A DNA stretch of 61,966 nt, the filler included, from Sphacelaria rigidula (lineage: Eukaryota): assembly GCA_964200075.2 (NCBI GenBank). It is 8 parts of 8 records of this genome, joined end to end, with 100 filler letters (N's around TTAATTAATTAA, not from the genome) between each part and the next. Parts side by side here need not be neighbours in the genome. Positions count along the whole stretch, not along the records: positions 46,552 to 54,209 come from CAXNAA020013901.1; positions 54,310 to 61,966 come from CAXNAA020013902.1; 6 more parts are not named here. One strand, 5' to 3'. The notes beneath the pieces were generated by a model that saw nothing but the letters and a program-made list of their open reading frames with translations, made no database searches and had not been told where the DNA came from. Each line of letters starts with the position of its first letter. The stretch's first letter is position 1. Shown one piece after another: positions 48,310 through 60,625 of this stretch. The position numbers and the translations under genes were made by a program.

Positions 48310-49045
48310 TCGCCCTGCATGGCGACCGCGGGGGGCACCAGCTCTAGCTGCGCTTCAGTCGGAAATTATGTCATGGATCTGGATCCTTCGCAACAGGCGA
48401 TCGATGTGGGAGAAGGGATTGCACTTACTCACATAAGCACATGTTCGCCTTGGGTGAGCTATCGAGCGTAGCTCATCCGCATATGTTTTCCCTGGGTGAG
48501 CTGTGAGAAGTGCGTGAGCTACATATGTTTTTCCGGAGAGAACTACAAGCGCTAGGTGAACTACGCATGTTTGCCTTGGGTGAGCTACCGGACGTAGCTC
48601 ATCCGCGCATGTTTTCTCTGGGTAAGCTATGAGAGCTACATGAGCTGCACATGTTTGCCCTGGGTGAGCTACCAACCCGTAGCTCATCAGCTCATATTCG
48701 CCCTGGGTGAGCTATGGGATCTGTATGAGCTACGCACGTTTGCGATAAGTGAGCTATCAACCCGCAGCTCATTAGCTCAGATTTGCCGTGGGTGAGCTAT
48801 GAGAGCTGCATGAGATACGCATGTTTGCCCTGGGTGAACTACCGACTCGTAGCTCATCAGCTCATACTCGCCCTGGGTGAGCTATGAGAGCTGCATGAGC
48901 TACGCATGTTTGTCCTGGGTGAGCTACCAACTCGTAGCTCATCAGCGCACATGTACCTTGTTTTGAGCTATCGGACGTAGCTCACATGTACATGTTTGAC
49001 TACAAGTGAGCTACCGCCCGCAGATGAGCTAGCTCATGAGCTGTT
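47545..49045. repeat. GAGCT-rich minisatellite (~38-40-bp units), interrupted at ~48050-48430
   Basis: Alternating units CTGGGTGAGCTATGAGAGCTGCATGAGCTACGCATGTTTGCC and GTGAGCTACCAACCCGTAGCTCATCAGCTCATATTCGCC. Confidence 0.9.
48244..48307. repeat. (CA)n microsatellite
   Basis: Direct reading. Confidence 0.97.
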
Positions 49046-49754
49046 CTACGTGTGAATGATTGGGAAATAAATCACTGCACACCAAGTTTGACAAGGCATG
49101 CGGGACACCTGGCAACTCCGTCACTGCTGTTTCAGACGGTAGCCGAATGATATTCATTTCCATTATATATCCCAAACGCGCCATGCACAGCTTGCCTCAG
49201 CGACGAGCTTGCCTTGGGCAAGGGCCCAATAAATGTCACCCGTCGTTGCCCCTTCCATTCACCTCCTTCCTCTCGCCCCTCTGTCTCGTACACACTGAAA
49301 TATGTTCGCTGCTCGACCTGCTTCGATCTATCTCCGGGTGCCGGGAACGCGCCGTGCAGACATTCCCATGCGCTGGATGACGCCTCTACGAGATAAATTC
49401 AAGATCCCGCCAGCCCCCTCGTCGTCCTCTAGGTGTTTGTTCTGTGTGCGGCTCTGTATACGTAATGGTTTGTGGGAAGGTGACGTCTTTGATGACGGTC
49501 TGTCCAACGCTGGTGGCTAGAGGAAGGTCGTATACGAGTGCGTGAAGGATTAGCGATAGTGTGCAGTGTGGTGCATGTTTTTCAACCTGTTTCCAGCGCT
49601 CGAGCATGTTCGCGATGGCTGTTTCGGTTCGTCGAGCGACTTTACGCTTCCCTTTGGGTGTCGCGTTCCTTGTGTAGAGACAGCGCGCTTTGCAAGTGGC
49701 TAGTGCGTCGCATGGTAATTTGTTGCGTTCGAGAGTATCAGATAGCTGAATGTT

Positions 49755-50322
49755 CGAACGCTATGGATGCATCGATTCGATTCGATGTGTCCAGATTTTC
49801 GTCGCCGTAAAGTGTGTGTGGAGACACACACGACGCGCCATGTTTGTGCTGCGAGGTGTGAATCGCGCTGTGTGCATCGACTTGATTCGATGCCGTCAGC
49901 CTCTGAGCGCCGCTTCGTGTGCCCGTAGCGTGGCACACGACGTTTCACGAAGGCGGTCCAAGGCGGGGAAAGGACAGGCGCCCAGGCATGCGTGTGTGTA
50001 GGCGGGATAGTACTGTGTCTGCGGGTATTTGTGGAGTTTTGAGAGCATCAAGGATCGGAGAGAATTGGTAGTTGTGTAATCAAAGCGCTATGAGTGCATC
50101 GATTCGATTCGATGTGTTCAGATTTTCGTCGCCGCAAACTGTGCGTGGAGACACACACGACGCGCCGTGTTTGTGCTGCGAGGTGTGAATCGCGCTGTGT
50201 GCATCGACTCGATTCGATGCCTCCAGCCTCTGAGCGCCGTGTTGTGTGCCCCGTAGCGCGGTACACAACGTTCCACGAAGGCGGTCCAAGGCGGGGAAAG
50301 GACCAGCGCCCAGGCATGCGTA
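49755..50322. repeat. Tandem duplication of a ~235-bp block, period ~330 bp
   Basis: TGCATCGATTCGATTCGATGTGT.CAGATTTTCGTCGCCG...CGCCCAGGCATGCGT occurs twice. Confidence 0.85.
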
Positions 50323-51556
50323 TTGGAAGGGGTCGTTTACCCTCGACCACAGTGAATAGTGTAAATGGGCTGTTCACTAGATAGGAACGAGGTACTCGGG
50401 AAATGAGTAACGTGGTTAAGCAGTGCTTGTTTCGTTGGAGGTAGATAGGGAACACGTGTGCCCATGTGCGCGAGCAGGATGGGGGGTATGGGTCGTGTTG
50501 TGCGACGTGCGCGTTTGTTTCTGTGGTGCTTGAGAGGTGTCGCCTGAGTGCACTGCGGCACCCGCTGGTGGATGTGCGAGATGGGAGTGGATTTTGATTT
50601 TTTTTCAAAGTAATGAAATCATCATGAAAGGCATGATATTAATAATGGTGTGTTTCGAGCGGTGTAGAGGGCTGTCGTGCTTAGTGCTGTCTAAAGAGAG
50701 GTTCGAGTAGCTCTCGTATGTGATTTGGCTATGCCATGTTTGTCACGGCGTAAAATGAGATTCCTTCCGTTCCTCCGTGGAAGCGAATTTCCGCACCCTC
50801 CATCCAGACGTGGTGAGACCAACACACCGCCATCGCTCTGACTGCGCTATACCGCGGAGCAGAAACGTTGCCGCGCGTGGCTCCGCACTTATCGCGAGGG
50901 TGAACTTCTTCAGCTACTTCCTTGATTCTATACGAGTGCTGGTTCAGCCAGACGTGAACCACGTTCATCGTGCTTAGTTGGTTCTGATGGCAACAAGCTT
51001 GCGCTTTGGCTCCGCGGTACGCTGTCAGCAATGCATGCCATCTGTGGAATGTTTCTCCGAGGGAGGTACGCAGCCGGTGTCTCGTGATACTCTGGTGTAC
51101 GGTCGCCGTCGACTGAACCAGCTGAAGGCCTGCAGACTTAAAATCAGTAACGACGCATATCAGAAGATTGCAGCAGAGCCACCAAGTCGTGTTTGTTCCT
51201 CGCTGCTTGGTCTCCCTCACCCGAAGATCAAGACGTCACAATGGTAAAGTCATACCGTCCCTCACTTGTTTCCCATTTACGACACCACCGCACCGCTGTG
51301 GTCTTAGTGGTACATGAAACCGCTGGAGGCAAAGTAGGGGGTTCGGTTCCGAGCACAGACAGTGATGCACGGTCTTTTTTTCAGGCGTACCTGATTTGTA
51401 TCGTTGAAAATGTCAGGAGATGAATAGTGAGGTACAAGTTGACGACAGTCGACGCGATGCGGGAGTGCTGGGTCGATCCTCGATACCAAAGTGTCAGCCA
51501 AGTACCGGCGGAGAGACGATTGATCCCTCGAGACTCCCGACTCGTCCCGAGGAAGA

Positions 51557-51640
51557 CGGGGGGGGGAAGGGGGGCGCATTCATTTGTTGCTTGCCTTAGT
51601 CGTTTGACCATTGACCACGCACCCCTTTCGAGACGGAGCA
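51557..51640 (-). mobile_element. Mini copy of the LINE 3' end (subfamily A)
   Basis: Reverse complement reads TGCTCCGTCTCGAAAGGGGTGCGTGGTCAATGGTCAAACGACTAAGGCAAGCAACAAATGAATGCG-C-run. Confidence 0.85.
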
Positions 51641-53486
51641 GGAAGGAGAGGGATGAAACGCATGACGAAAATGCAACATAAGTACGATAATCCGTCTCTC
51701 TTAACCAACACGGTACGCCGAGGCTTTACGCACATTGTCCTCAACCAAAGGTACGCTGTCGAAAGCGATTCAGCGCCAGGTTTGAGCCGATTGCATGGTG
51801 AAAATACGCGCGAGTCAACCGCGGTCATGCCGCTGTGACGTCAACGACCACGGTGCTGCTACACCGTGCCCTAGTGTCGACAGAGAACAGACAGCAGAGT
51901 ATAGTCTACTGCAAATAACTGCGGAGCAGGGTTATGCTTTAGGCTACTATTTGCGGGCACAGATTACTTCACTACTTATCCCTTTATTGAAAGCACAATC
52001 TTCCATTAACGCCCGTCCTTCCGTCCCTGGTCTGGTTGTCGGTCAATCCCGCGAACTACGTTTCTCTGCAAGCTGTCCCGTCCTCCCCATTATCCTTCTG
52101 TTCTTGTCCTTTCGTTTTCGTCTTGGTGCACAAGGCGCTGCAATCGCCTGTTGTCGCCTCACCATCCGGTGATGATGACTTTTCGATCCCAGATGGATAT
52201 CCCAGACGGATGTCCGTATCCCAGAGGAATATTCATGTGAGATTTTCACATCCCTGATGGAAATTGCACGATGACGCACGGCCGTCAATACTCGCTGGTC
52301 GAAAAAAGCTGTGCTGGCCAGAATCCCGCATTTTGACCACTTCGAGATCCAGGAGCTCGTGTCTAGAAGAAGGTCTCTTGATTTACTGAAGGAACGACAA
52401 TGTTCACCGGCGAAAGAAATAAAAGCTGACGGGAAGAGTAGTTTCTGGCCGAATTCCCTCATCTTCAGCTTCCTGCAACTCTGGAAGCACTTGTCTCGAA
52501 GTAGTTGTCTTGATTATAGTATAGGGCGGAAAAACTCACCGGTCAGCACCATATACGCTGACCAGAACCTCTCAATTTGGACCGCCTGGCGCTGTGGGTG
52601 CACGTGTCGGCTCTGATTTCTCTCATTATATTTCGCCAGTGGTGAAGACTTCGGCCGAAATTCAACGGTCAGAAATCGTTCTAGCGCCCACCCGACCTAC
52701 TACTATAGCAGTCACTCACGTCTAGACTCTTGACGATCCTTCAAAACTTGCAGGAGACTGGCGCCGCGACGCCACCCCCCCTCCCCCACCGAAACGCGGC
52801 TGGTTGTGCGAGGCATGATCTACATGTAAATGAAAATGACAAAAAACGAGCGCATCGAGCAGCTGGGAACTCCCACGCTTGGCATCATCCTCGCCAAAGT
52901 CGCCCATGAGGCATATCATTCTGTCTGAAACCAGCTGATAAAATATCATGCGCTCTTTGACTATTTTCTGTGTGACAGCTTTGAGGCTGGTTTGGGGGGG
53001 GAGGGGGGGGGGCTACATCGCGGCATCACTCAGGACTGACACAGACCGGATTGTCGAAATACTTAATTGCGGGTGCAAAGGGGGTTGAAGCATTTGGGGG
53101 GTGCACGATACATGAGGCCTGTCTTGAGACCCGAAATCCTCCTTGAATATAACATTTGACGATGTTACACCCTGCGATCCGCGGATGCTACCCGGTAAAT
53201 GGTGGCTGATTACGGTGCATCAATCACCAGGTGAGAATCGCTACATGATCATGTTCCACATGATTTTCCGTGTTTCGTCAAGACGGATCCATACAGGCAG
53301 GGATACGGCCCGCCCTTGGTAGCCATTGACGGATTTTTTGCGAGGCCGATACTGCAATAGCTCCCAGCCCGACGTCTTCTTTGTTGTGCACTTGCTCAGT
53401 TCAGTCTCCCCTTCTGGTTGTATTTTTGTTTATTTCTTCCTGTCTTTCAAGGTTTCTCTTTTCAGCGAGTCGTGGTTTCGTGTTTT

Positions 53487-53637
53487 TCACGCTCGGTGAG
53501 TCTCATCTTGCGACCACGGCTGAGTGAGCTCGTCGCGGATCAGTTCATGTGCGACATTCCCTTCAACAAACAATTTTGGCGAGGACAACTCATTAGCAGC
53601 ACCAGCACCAGCACCAACACCAACACCATCGCCGTCA
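53487..53637 (-). CDS. Candidate terminal exon, unknown protein
   Basis: gaaatag| acceptor, phase 2, DGDGVGVGAGAGAANELSSPKLFVEGNVAHELIRDELTQPWSQDETHRA-TGA; no homology recognised. Confidence 0.35.
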
Positions 53638-53736
53638 CTATTTCAGCATGAATGACATATATATATATATAAATGTAGAAATACATTGAGCGTGAAAACG
53701 AGGATTGATGTGGGGAACAGGGCAGACTGATCATAT

Positions 53737-53737
<1 letters not shown>

Positions 53738-53780
<43 letters not shown>
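53738..53780. repeat. (CA)n microsatellite
   Basis: Direct reading. Confidence 0.97.
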
Positions 53781-53782
<2 letters not shown>

Positions 53783-54209
53783 GGAGCCAAAAATACGAAT
53801 ACTTCAGTATGGACAAAAAACGCCACTCAAGATGAAAGCATCCGAGTAAACAAACAAACAAAAAACTATTTCCAAAAAAGCAAACGAAACATATTCAACG
53901 CCAGAGTAGGGCACAGTGTGCGATACTGGTACGTATTGCAGCAGGAGGCACCCGGAAACAATCCACACACCAAACGAAATGAAAACCAACTTGACAAGAG
54001 TCAACAGCCTGCTTGAGTGATGATCCAAGGCATCATAATGAAGTGCCATATGAGGCGAGTACCAAGGAAGAAATAGATGCGGGTTGATGTCTTGAGAATG
54101 CGGAAGTGTCTCGAACGAGTGGGAGGGGGGGGGGGGGGCTGAAAATAAAAAAAAACAAAACAACCACCACCAATGTTGATAAAGGTAACCCGCCCTATCA
54201 AGTGTTGAA

Positions 54210-54309
54210 NNNNNNNNNNNNNNNNNNNNNNNNNNNNNNNNNNNNNNNNNNNNTTAATTAATTAANNNNNNNNNNNNNNNNNNNNNNNNNNNNNNNNNNN
54301 NNNNNNNNN
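54210..54309. other. Artificial contig linker
   Basis: N44-TTAATTAATTAA-N44. Confidence 0.99.
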
Positions 54310-54485
54310 TAAATGTATGATAGTGGGGGGGGGGGGGTCGATTTTACGAAAAAATGTGCTCATAGATGCATCAGACGGCCTCAAAGCGCGTTCGAACAAC
54401 TGTTGGCTCCTTTCAACGGCGATTGAAGCGGAATTCGGTTGAAGAGAATGGCCCAAAATCCCCCCCCCCCCTCCCCTATCGTAGC

Positions 54486-54554
54486 TCCGTCTCGAAAGGG
54501 ATGCGTGGTCAATGGTCAAACGACTAAGGCAAGCAACAAATGAGTACGCCCCCC
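54486..54554 (+). mobile_element. Mini copy of the LINE 3' end (subfamily A) with TSD
   Basis: 13-bp TSD CCCCTATCGTAGC (54473-54485 / 54555-54567) around TCCGTCTCGAAAGGGATGCGTGGTCAATGG...AAATGAGTACGCCCCCC. Confidence 0.9.
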
Positions 54555-55371
54555 CCCCTATCGTAGCATAACTCACACACACCGGACACGCTGCATGCAA
54601 ACAGTGCAGACAGTACAGACAGTACTGTTCACAAGCGACCAAGTACCGCTTTACGAATTTTCGTCTTCTTTTTTCGATCGAAAACAACCTCGAAATTCGC
54701 CTGGACTCAACTCGAGAAAAATGAGCGAACTTCGCTCAAACCAATTCTACCGCCCCTTTTCTTCGATTAAAAAAAATGCCTCCGATTGATCAAGAATCAT
54801 GATTTGAAAAGCGCCGCCGCTTGTGTACCCAGCCTGACAGGGAACGCAAGGTAGAGAGAGCATGGCGCGCACCGGAACAGACAACATCTAGGGGTCTACA
54901 TTATGCTCTTCTGTTCGTTGGTTACGTTGCACTTCGCAAATACTACTTTCACACCCTGGACAACAGATTCTACTGTAAAAAAATGTACTGCGCACAGCAT
55001 GTAATCTTTTGTCCATCGCAATAGGCGCAACAGTTGATACTGTACGCAGTACAGTTTTAGACTATGTACTGTATTGTCTAGGGTATGACTGCTTGACACT
55101 GCATGCTGTACCACCTTGGTACTGCACTGCTGTACTGCACTACTGTACTCTGTTGCACTGACCACCGTTCGAGTCGTCAAATCTGCAGTGTAACCAGCTG
55201 CACTGTACTGTGTACCGGCTACCGCGAATTTTTCTGGGGCTCAACCCTTCAGTCTGTGTGTCATACCCTATGCATCTGCATGTAGAATTTACGAAGTGTC
55301 CTTGAACCCTTCAGTCACGATGGTGTGAAACAGACAGTGCCGACAACACCGCCGCGAAATGCACCACCTTG

Positions 55372-55575
55372 GTACTGTGCTGTGCTGCACTGCACTGCAC
55401 TGCACTGCACTGCACTGCACTGCACTGCACTGCACTGCACTGCACTGCACTGTCCTGTCCTGTCCTGTCCTGTCCTGTCCTGTCCTGTCCTGTCCTGTCC
55501 TGTCCTGTCCTGTCCTGTCCTGTCCTGTCCTGTCCTGTCCTGTCCTGTCCTGTCCTGTATTGTGTTGTGCTGTAC
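55372..55575. repeat. Compound pentanucleotide microsatellite (CTGCA)n(CTGTC)n
   Basis: Direct reading. Confidence 0.97.
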
Positions 55576-55576
55576 A

Positions 55577-55981
55577 GTACTGCACTGTTGCACTGACCAC
55601 CGTTCGAGCCAACCGTGAAGTCTGCATCGTAACCAGCTGCACTGTACTGTGTGTACCAGCTGCCGCAATCTTTTTTCTGGGTCTTGTCCCTTCAGTTTAT
55701 ATGTCATGCCCTATGCATCTGCACGTACCATACGCGAAGTGTCCTGGAATCCTACAGTCACAACGGTATAGAACCACGGACAGAGTCGATAATACCGCCG
55801 CGACATGAGGGGCTGCCGCCCGACCCGCCTACAAATAGCTGCGTACCCCGTACTGTGTGTGCAAAGCGCCGCCTGTACTTGCACCGTAGTGCAGTGTGTT
55901 CTTTCCGTTGTGTTTCACAACAGTAGTACTCGTAGCTGGCTGGATTGGTCTGGAACGGTGGTCAGTGCAACAGTACAGTAC
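55577..55981. mobile_element. MITE-like element whose ends merge into CAGTA-type pentamer repeats; partial tandem copy at ~55141-55360
   Basis: CTGTTGCACTGACCACCGTTC (~55585, also ~55150) mirrored by GAACGGTGGTCAGTGCAACAG (~55952-55972). Confidence 0.65.
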
Positions 55982-57808
55982 AGCATAGTGCTGAGATGGT
56001 ACAGCGGGGAAACCACAAAACTGACTTTCTGGGAACACGGGCGACTGTTCCGCAGTCGGAGACAGGTCTGGAAATGTCAACGGGCGTGACTGAATCAGAT
56101 GAATGAACGACGTTATACCTCGACAAACTAACTCGAGCGAACATGCACAGACATCCACAGCACAATTGCAACACAACCGTATACTACAGTCGCCATGATC
56201 ATCTCTGTTCTAATACACGCCACGCCCTTTACCTTGGCTTCTGCGTGACTGGGTATCCAAGCGCCAGCGTTTTCTCTCAGTAATTTTTGAGAGTGTATCA
56301 TACATGATACATGGAGGCACTAACAAAAATTACTCCGACTCAGACCTCTTGACTTGCCCCATGGTTCTCGGAACCTCGCAGCGAACAGCTGCACTCAACA
56401 GAACGAACAAAAAAAGCACATAATACGGTCTCCATGATATGTTGTCTGTTTTAGCGAACGACACGCCCTCCACCTAGGGTTTACTGCACAGCTGGGTACA
56501 CAAGCGTCATTTTCGGTCTTTTCGTGATTCGTGTCCTTCTTTTGAGCATGCATCCGGAGCACGACATATGCGGAAAATGGGTGCTTGTTGCAGTGAAGCT
56601 CACCACATGGTAGGGCTTTGTTGGTCCGACTTGGTTCAGTGTGGATTCCAAAAACCGGTTTGTGGGTCATAGATACATACACTGTGTTCAACGCTTTGAC
56701 CGCCAAGGCGGACCATCTGTAGAGCCAGCATCATCTTTACTTGGACAGTGAACATGAGAACCAGATCGCCAACCCTCGCGGTCAAGCGTTTAGATGTACT
56801 TGAAGGTAGTTAAGTATCAGCCCAGCCTAGATCAGCGGTATGACGATGAACGCAGCGCGGATAGTGTTCGAAGTCCAACACTGTTCCTGGTTACTGTACA
56901 ATGTGCTTCAAATCTGGAAAGGAAAGTGTCCTCCTTTCCATGGAACGTCCGGCGCTCAGCACACAGTATACAAATCACTTTCAGACCCAAGTCGGGAGCA
57001 ACCACCCGACAGTGAAATGACAGCGTTCGACAGCAGCACACCAAGTTTTTTCGTCACATTGTTAGGGATAGAGCTTTGTTGTACCAGCGTACATCGCAGT
57101 GCGTTCTACATTCTTGCAGCGCACGTACGTTGCCCGATGAGTGTCCAGGGTAGGTCGCGGTGGTTTGTGACGCTGACAAAAAACACTTTTGCTGTGCATG
57201 AGTGCAGTGCGTCGTATCGGTAGTGTCCAGAATACGGGTTTTTCAGATTTTGTGGGTAGACAAACAACTTGAACGTTTGGGTGTGAATCATATTTCGGCC
57301 TGTTTGTGCGGGATGAGTGAGAAGAGTGACAGTTTTCTCCTCTTCAGTCCGAGCGTCTAGTATAAAGTTCTGTTTCAAAAAGGACCATGTTTGACCTGGA
57401 TAAAGTATGAAAAACCCGGACACAATCGTCTTGATCTCAGTACGGGGCGGAGAGATATTACGCTGATCGCCAATAATCAATTTGATTCACATTTATCCTC
57501 ATATACTCATACCCATACTCACTCATATTCACAGTCACATTCACATTCACAATCACAAGAATAATAAGAATCAACAACAGCAGAAAGAACTCAAAATCGA
57601 ACACAGTGCATCCATGAAGTTACTTTTATAAATACACACGGGTGGGAATATAGGGGAAAATAAACACTACAGCCTCATCTATGAACAGGGACAATCCATG
57701 ATACCCATGGTAGGATAAGAGATGGGTACTATTAACAGGATGGTACTATCAATATACCTTACGAGAGTGTTATAGTGAAATGTACCGGGGTGCAAATGAC
57801 AGTCTTAC

Positions 57809-57879
57809 GGTGGACGCCTCTTGTGAAGCGGATCATGGTACAGTAGGTCATGGTACGGTACAGCTTGTGCGAGATGAAG
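57809..57879 (-). CDS. Exon 3 of a three-exon gene fragment, unknown function
   Basis: ttgtcag| acceptor in phase 2, C|gtaaga donor; (S)FISHKLYRTMTYCTMIRFTRGVH. Confidence 0.65.
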
Positions 57880-58305
57880 CTGACAAGCATACAACTGTAT
57901 TTGTAAACTTCCATTGATCTATTTCCCTTCGGTTCCCTGGGAAACAAAATACGAGTCCTTCTCAAGACCCCACCCTCCCCCTCCCTTCCCGTCTCCTCTC
58001 CCCCGGTAAAGTATAGTACCGTTCACAATGATGAGGCATTTTTGGCGACGACAGGCCAGGATCAACAGTTTAATCAGTAGTATCCCGTGTACATTTTAGG
58101 CACATCCAATCGTGTGACCGTGCTTGGAACCGTCGTGGACACGTCAAGTTGCGACAATCAACCAACGGACCAGTGCAACCTTCAATAAATCGACGAACCA
58201 GTCAATCAACGGTGTATCAAAGAACTAACCAATCGGCCAACCAATCCATCCAGCCGTGCATCAACCGACCAACCGACCCACTGACGACAATAAAATTTGC
58301 GGTAC

Positions 58306-58512
58306 CTGAACAGCGCGGGTCCTGACGCAAATCCCAGCCCTCGCGCCAGCTCTTCAGCCAGTCGTCGAACGGTGCGAGCCATTTCTGGTCTCACTGACCT
58401 CCGCAACAGGTGGTCGAGGGCTGCCCGGGTGACCCTCGCGCTGGACGCAGCCATGTCCTTCACCGCCACCATGGACGTGGCCTCGAATTCACGTCGTGTA
58501 ATGACGTAGTAC
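58306..58512 (-). CDS. Exon 2 of a three-exon gene fragment, unknown function
   Basis: aatatag| acceptor, AG|gtaccg donor, 207 nt phase 2-2, GC-rich codons; YYVITRREFEATSMVAVKDMAASSARVTRAALDHLLRRSVRPEMARTVRRLAEELARGLGFASGPALF. Confidence 0.75.
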
Positions 58513-58519
58513 CTATATT

Positions 58520-58770
58520 GTCGTGGTCGTTGCGGTCATGATTGTTGTGGTGGCGGCCGTTGTCGTGGCGATCATTGTGGTCGCAATGGTCGTTATCGTG
58601 GAAATGATTGCGGTCGTAGTGGTCGTTATCGTGGTAATCATTGTGGCCGTCGTGGCCATTGCCGTGGAAAACCATTGTCGCAGCAGTCGTTGTGGTTGTA
58701 GTGGTCGATGTCGTGGTGGTCGTTGTGATCGTTGTCGTGGTGGTCGTCGCGGTTGTTTTCGTCGTCAGCA
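58520..58770. repeat. Degenerate trinucleotide (GTC/GTG/GTT) low-complexity tract, intronic
   Basis: Direct reading; lies immediately 5' of the 58512 acceptor on the minus strand. Confidence 0.8.
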
Positions 58771-60279
58771 TCATCACGCAAAAAAAAAATCAACATGGGG
58801 GCAAAAACGACGTGTATCCTATAAGAAGCCTACACCTCGTAGGCACGAAAAAACATTTTTGTTTTCTATAACGTCAACAAATTATGGTCCTTCGACGAAA
58901 GGCTTTCGCGTGAAAGGGAAGACGGCCGTGCGGACTGTACCACAACGGAATAGGATCGCTGTTAGTATCCATCACATTGAAGGCTTTCCTGCGCACTCTA
59001 GCAATTTTCAGTGCACGCAGTATGACATTGAGCCGAGAACAAGCACGAAAAAAGGGGTTTATATATAGCAGACCTTCAAATGTCGAAAAATGGCGGCGAA
59101 AAACGGTACCAACGTTTTCCTTTTTAGTGAACACATCATAAAAAGCAGGCACCGTGTAACACTGTGGGATTGCCATTAAAACACGCAGGAAATATCATTC
59201 TCGATTCGTTTTTACAACAAAATCTGAATCATCTACCTAGTGCGTGATTGCTGATGCTCCGAAGCTTCTTGTACAAATTGAGGTCTTGTGTGCTAAACAC
59301 AGACAAGACGTGCGGCGGCGATCCCTGCGTTGTGGCGGATAAAGACGTTACAAACACGTCTCACATAGTCGAATAATACAAAAATACGGTCGAGATACAG
59401 ATGACGCGACCCTAGCTTGTGAATACTACCTCAGCTGAACGAAAGAAAACATAGTTCACTTCGTATATTCTCCTTCCTTTTCTTTTTTTTTCTTCTCCTC
59501 TTTTTTTGTTTTAGACCGGCCATTTCTTCCTGTGCTTTGCTTTTCATGATTTTTCTTCTGTTTTTTTCACGTCTTAGTCCATCATGTCGTTCTGTTCGAC
59601 TTTTTTTGTTCCTTCTTTTTCTTCAGCGAGTGTTTCAGTTTTATTTCGTCTCGGGTACGTCGATCAAGTGACCACGGCTGGATCCCTGGGAGGTCAGTTA
59701 AAGTGCGACAATCAATCATATCAAAATCAATCAATAGTTTGCTGTCTATTTCCTCCCTTCCCTACCCCCTGTTTCTTGAATTTCCACGAGCGAGAGCTTC
59801 TGCTTGATCGCCATGAGTACGGTAGGTCTATCTTTGGACCTTTACTTCATGGGAGAAAAATATGAGTAAATGAAGAAGAAAAAAGAATGAGCCTTTCTTT
59901 TTCATCAAAACTTCACGCTTGAATAAACAATAATGACGAGCGCTACTTCCTCTCGTGCAGAGTTCCGCAATACCGCACTCAGACCTTTTCTCCGAAACGT
60001 GCACCCTTCCCACTCTCCCCCAACCCCCAAGAGGCGCACACAGAAAAGTGTCTCATGTCACGGTTTTCAGACACACCATGGAGTAGAGGCCCATCTACGT
60101 AGCGACCAACCACGGTCGGATTCAGAACATGATCAGCTGATGTGCGACAGTCGATCAATCACTGCAATCCAGGTCCATCTCTGCACGACTGCTCCACCAC
60201 ATGCTAGATACAGTAAATCCATCTCTTCACTTCACTCTCACGCCCTCCCATTAACCCTCCCTCCTGAACCCCCGCAGTA

Positions 60280-60571
60280 GATAGATAGTGGTCACAGACG
60301 GCGAAACGGGACGGGGATAAGATGTGTAAACGGTATTTGTGTAATGTATGGAAGAAACGCGATGAGCACCTAAATGTTGGAGTGTCTCTATTTGGAGTGG
60401 GAACGGTGCTCCGTCTCAGAAGGGATGCGCGGTCAATGATGGTCAAACGACGAAGGCAAGCAACAAATGAGTACCCCCCCCCAACCCCCTGCTTCGTCTC
60501 GAAAGGGATGCGTGGTCAATGTTCAAACGAGTAAGGCAAACAACAAATGACTACGCCGCTTCCCCCCCCCC
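60280..60571 (+). mobile_element. LINE 3' fragment (~200 bp) followed by a mini copy inserted beside its C-tail
   Basis: TAATGTATGGAAGAAACG...GGAACGGTGCTCCGTCTC...AAATGAGTAC-C-run matches 35550-35707; second unit GCTTCGTCTCGAAAGGGATGCGTGG... at ~60491-60571. Confidence 0.85.
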
Positions 60572-60625
60572 AAGCCAAGCCCCCCCAAACCCCCCGTTTC
60601 CCCGCCCCCAGTTTAGTTTGCTCAC

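Noticed and set aside
52850..52960. ClpP-like peptide (RAHDIL / QLVSDRMICLMG...SQLL) on the minus strand
   Set aside because: It needs a frameshift, lacks the downstream YINSPGG motif and has no clear splice sites, so chance similarity cannot be excluded.
7660..54309. TTAATTAATTAA recurring every ~7.76 kb as a biological periodic element
   Set aside because: It is always centred in N44...N44, so it is a synthetic six-frame-stop linker.
55289..55808. Repetitive QDRTG / CTALH ORFs
   Set aside because: They are translations of pentanucleotide microsatellites.
58460..59068. Poly-Thr/Val/His ORFs
   Set aside because: They are translations of an intronic trinucleotide low-complexity tract.
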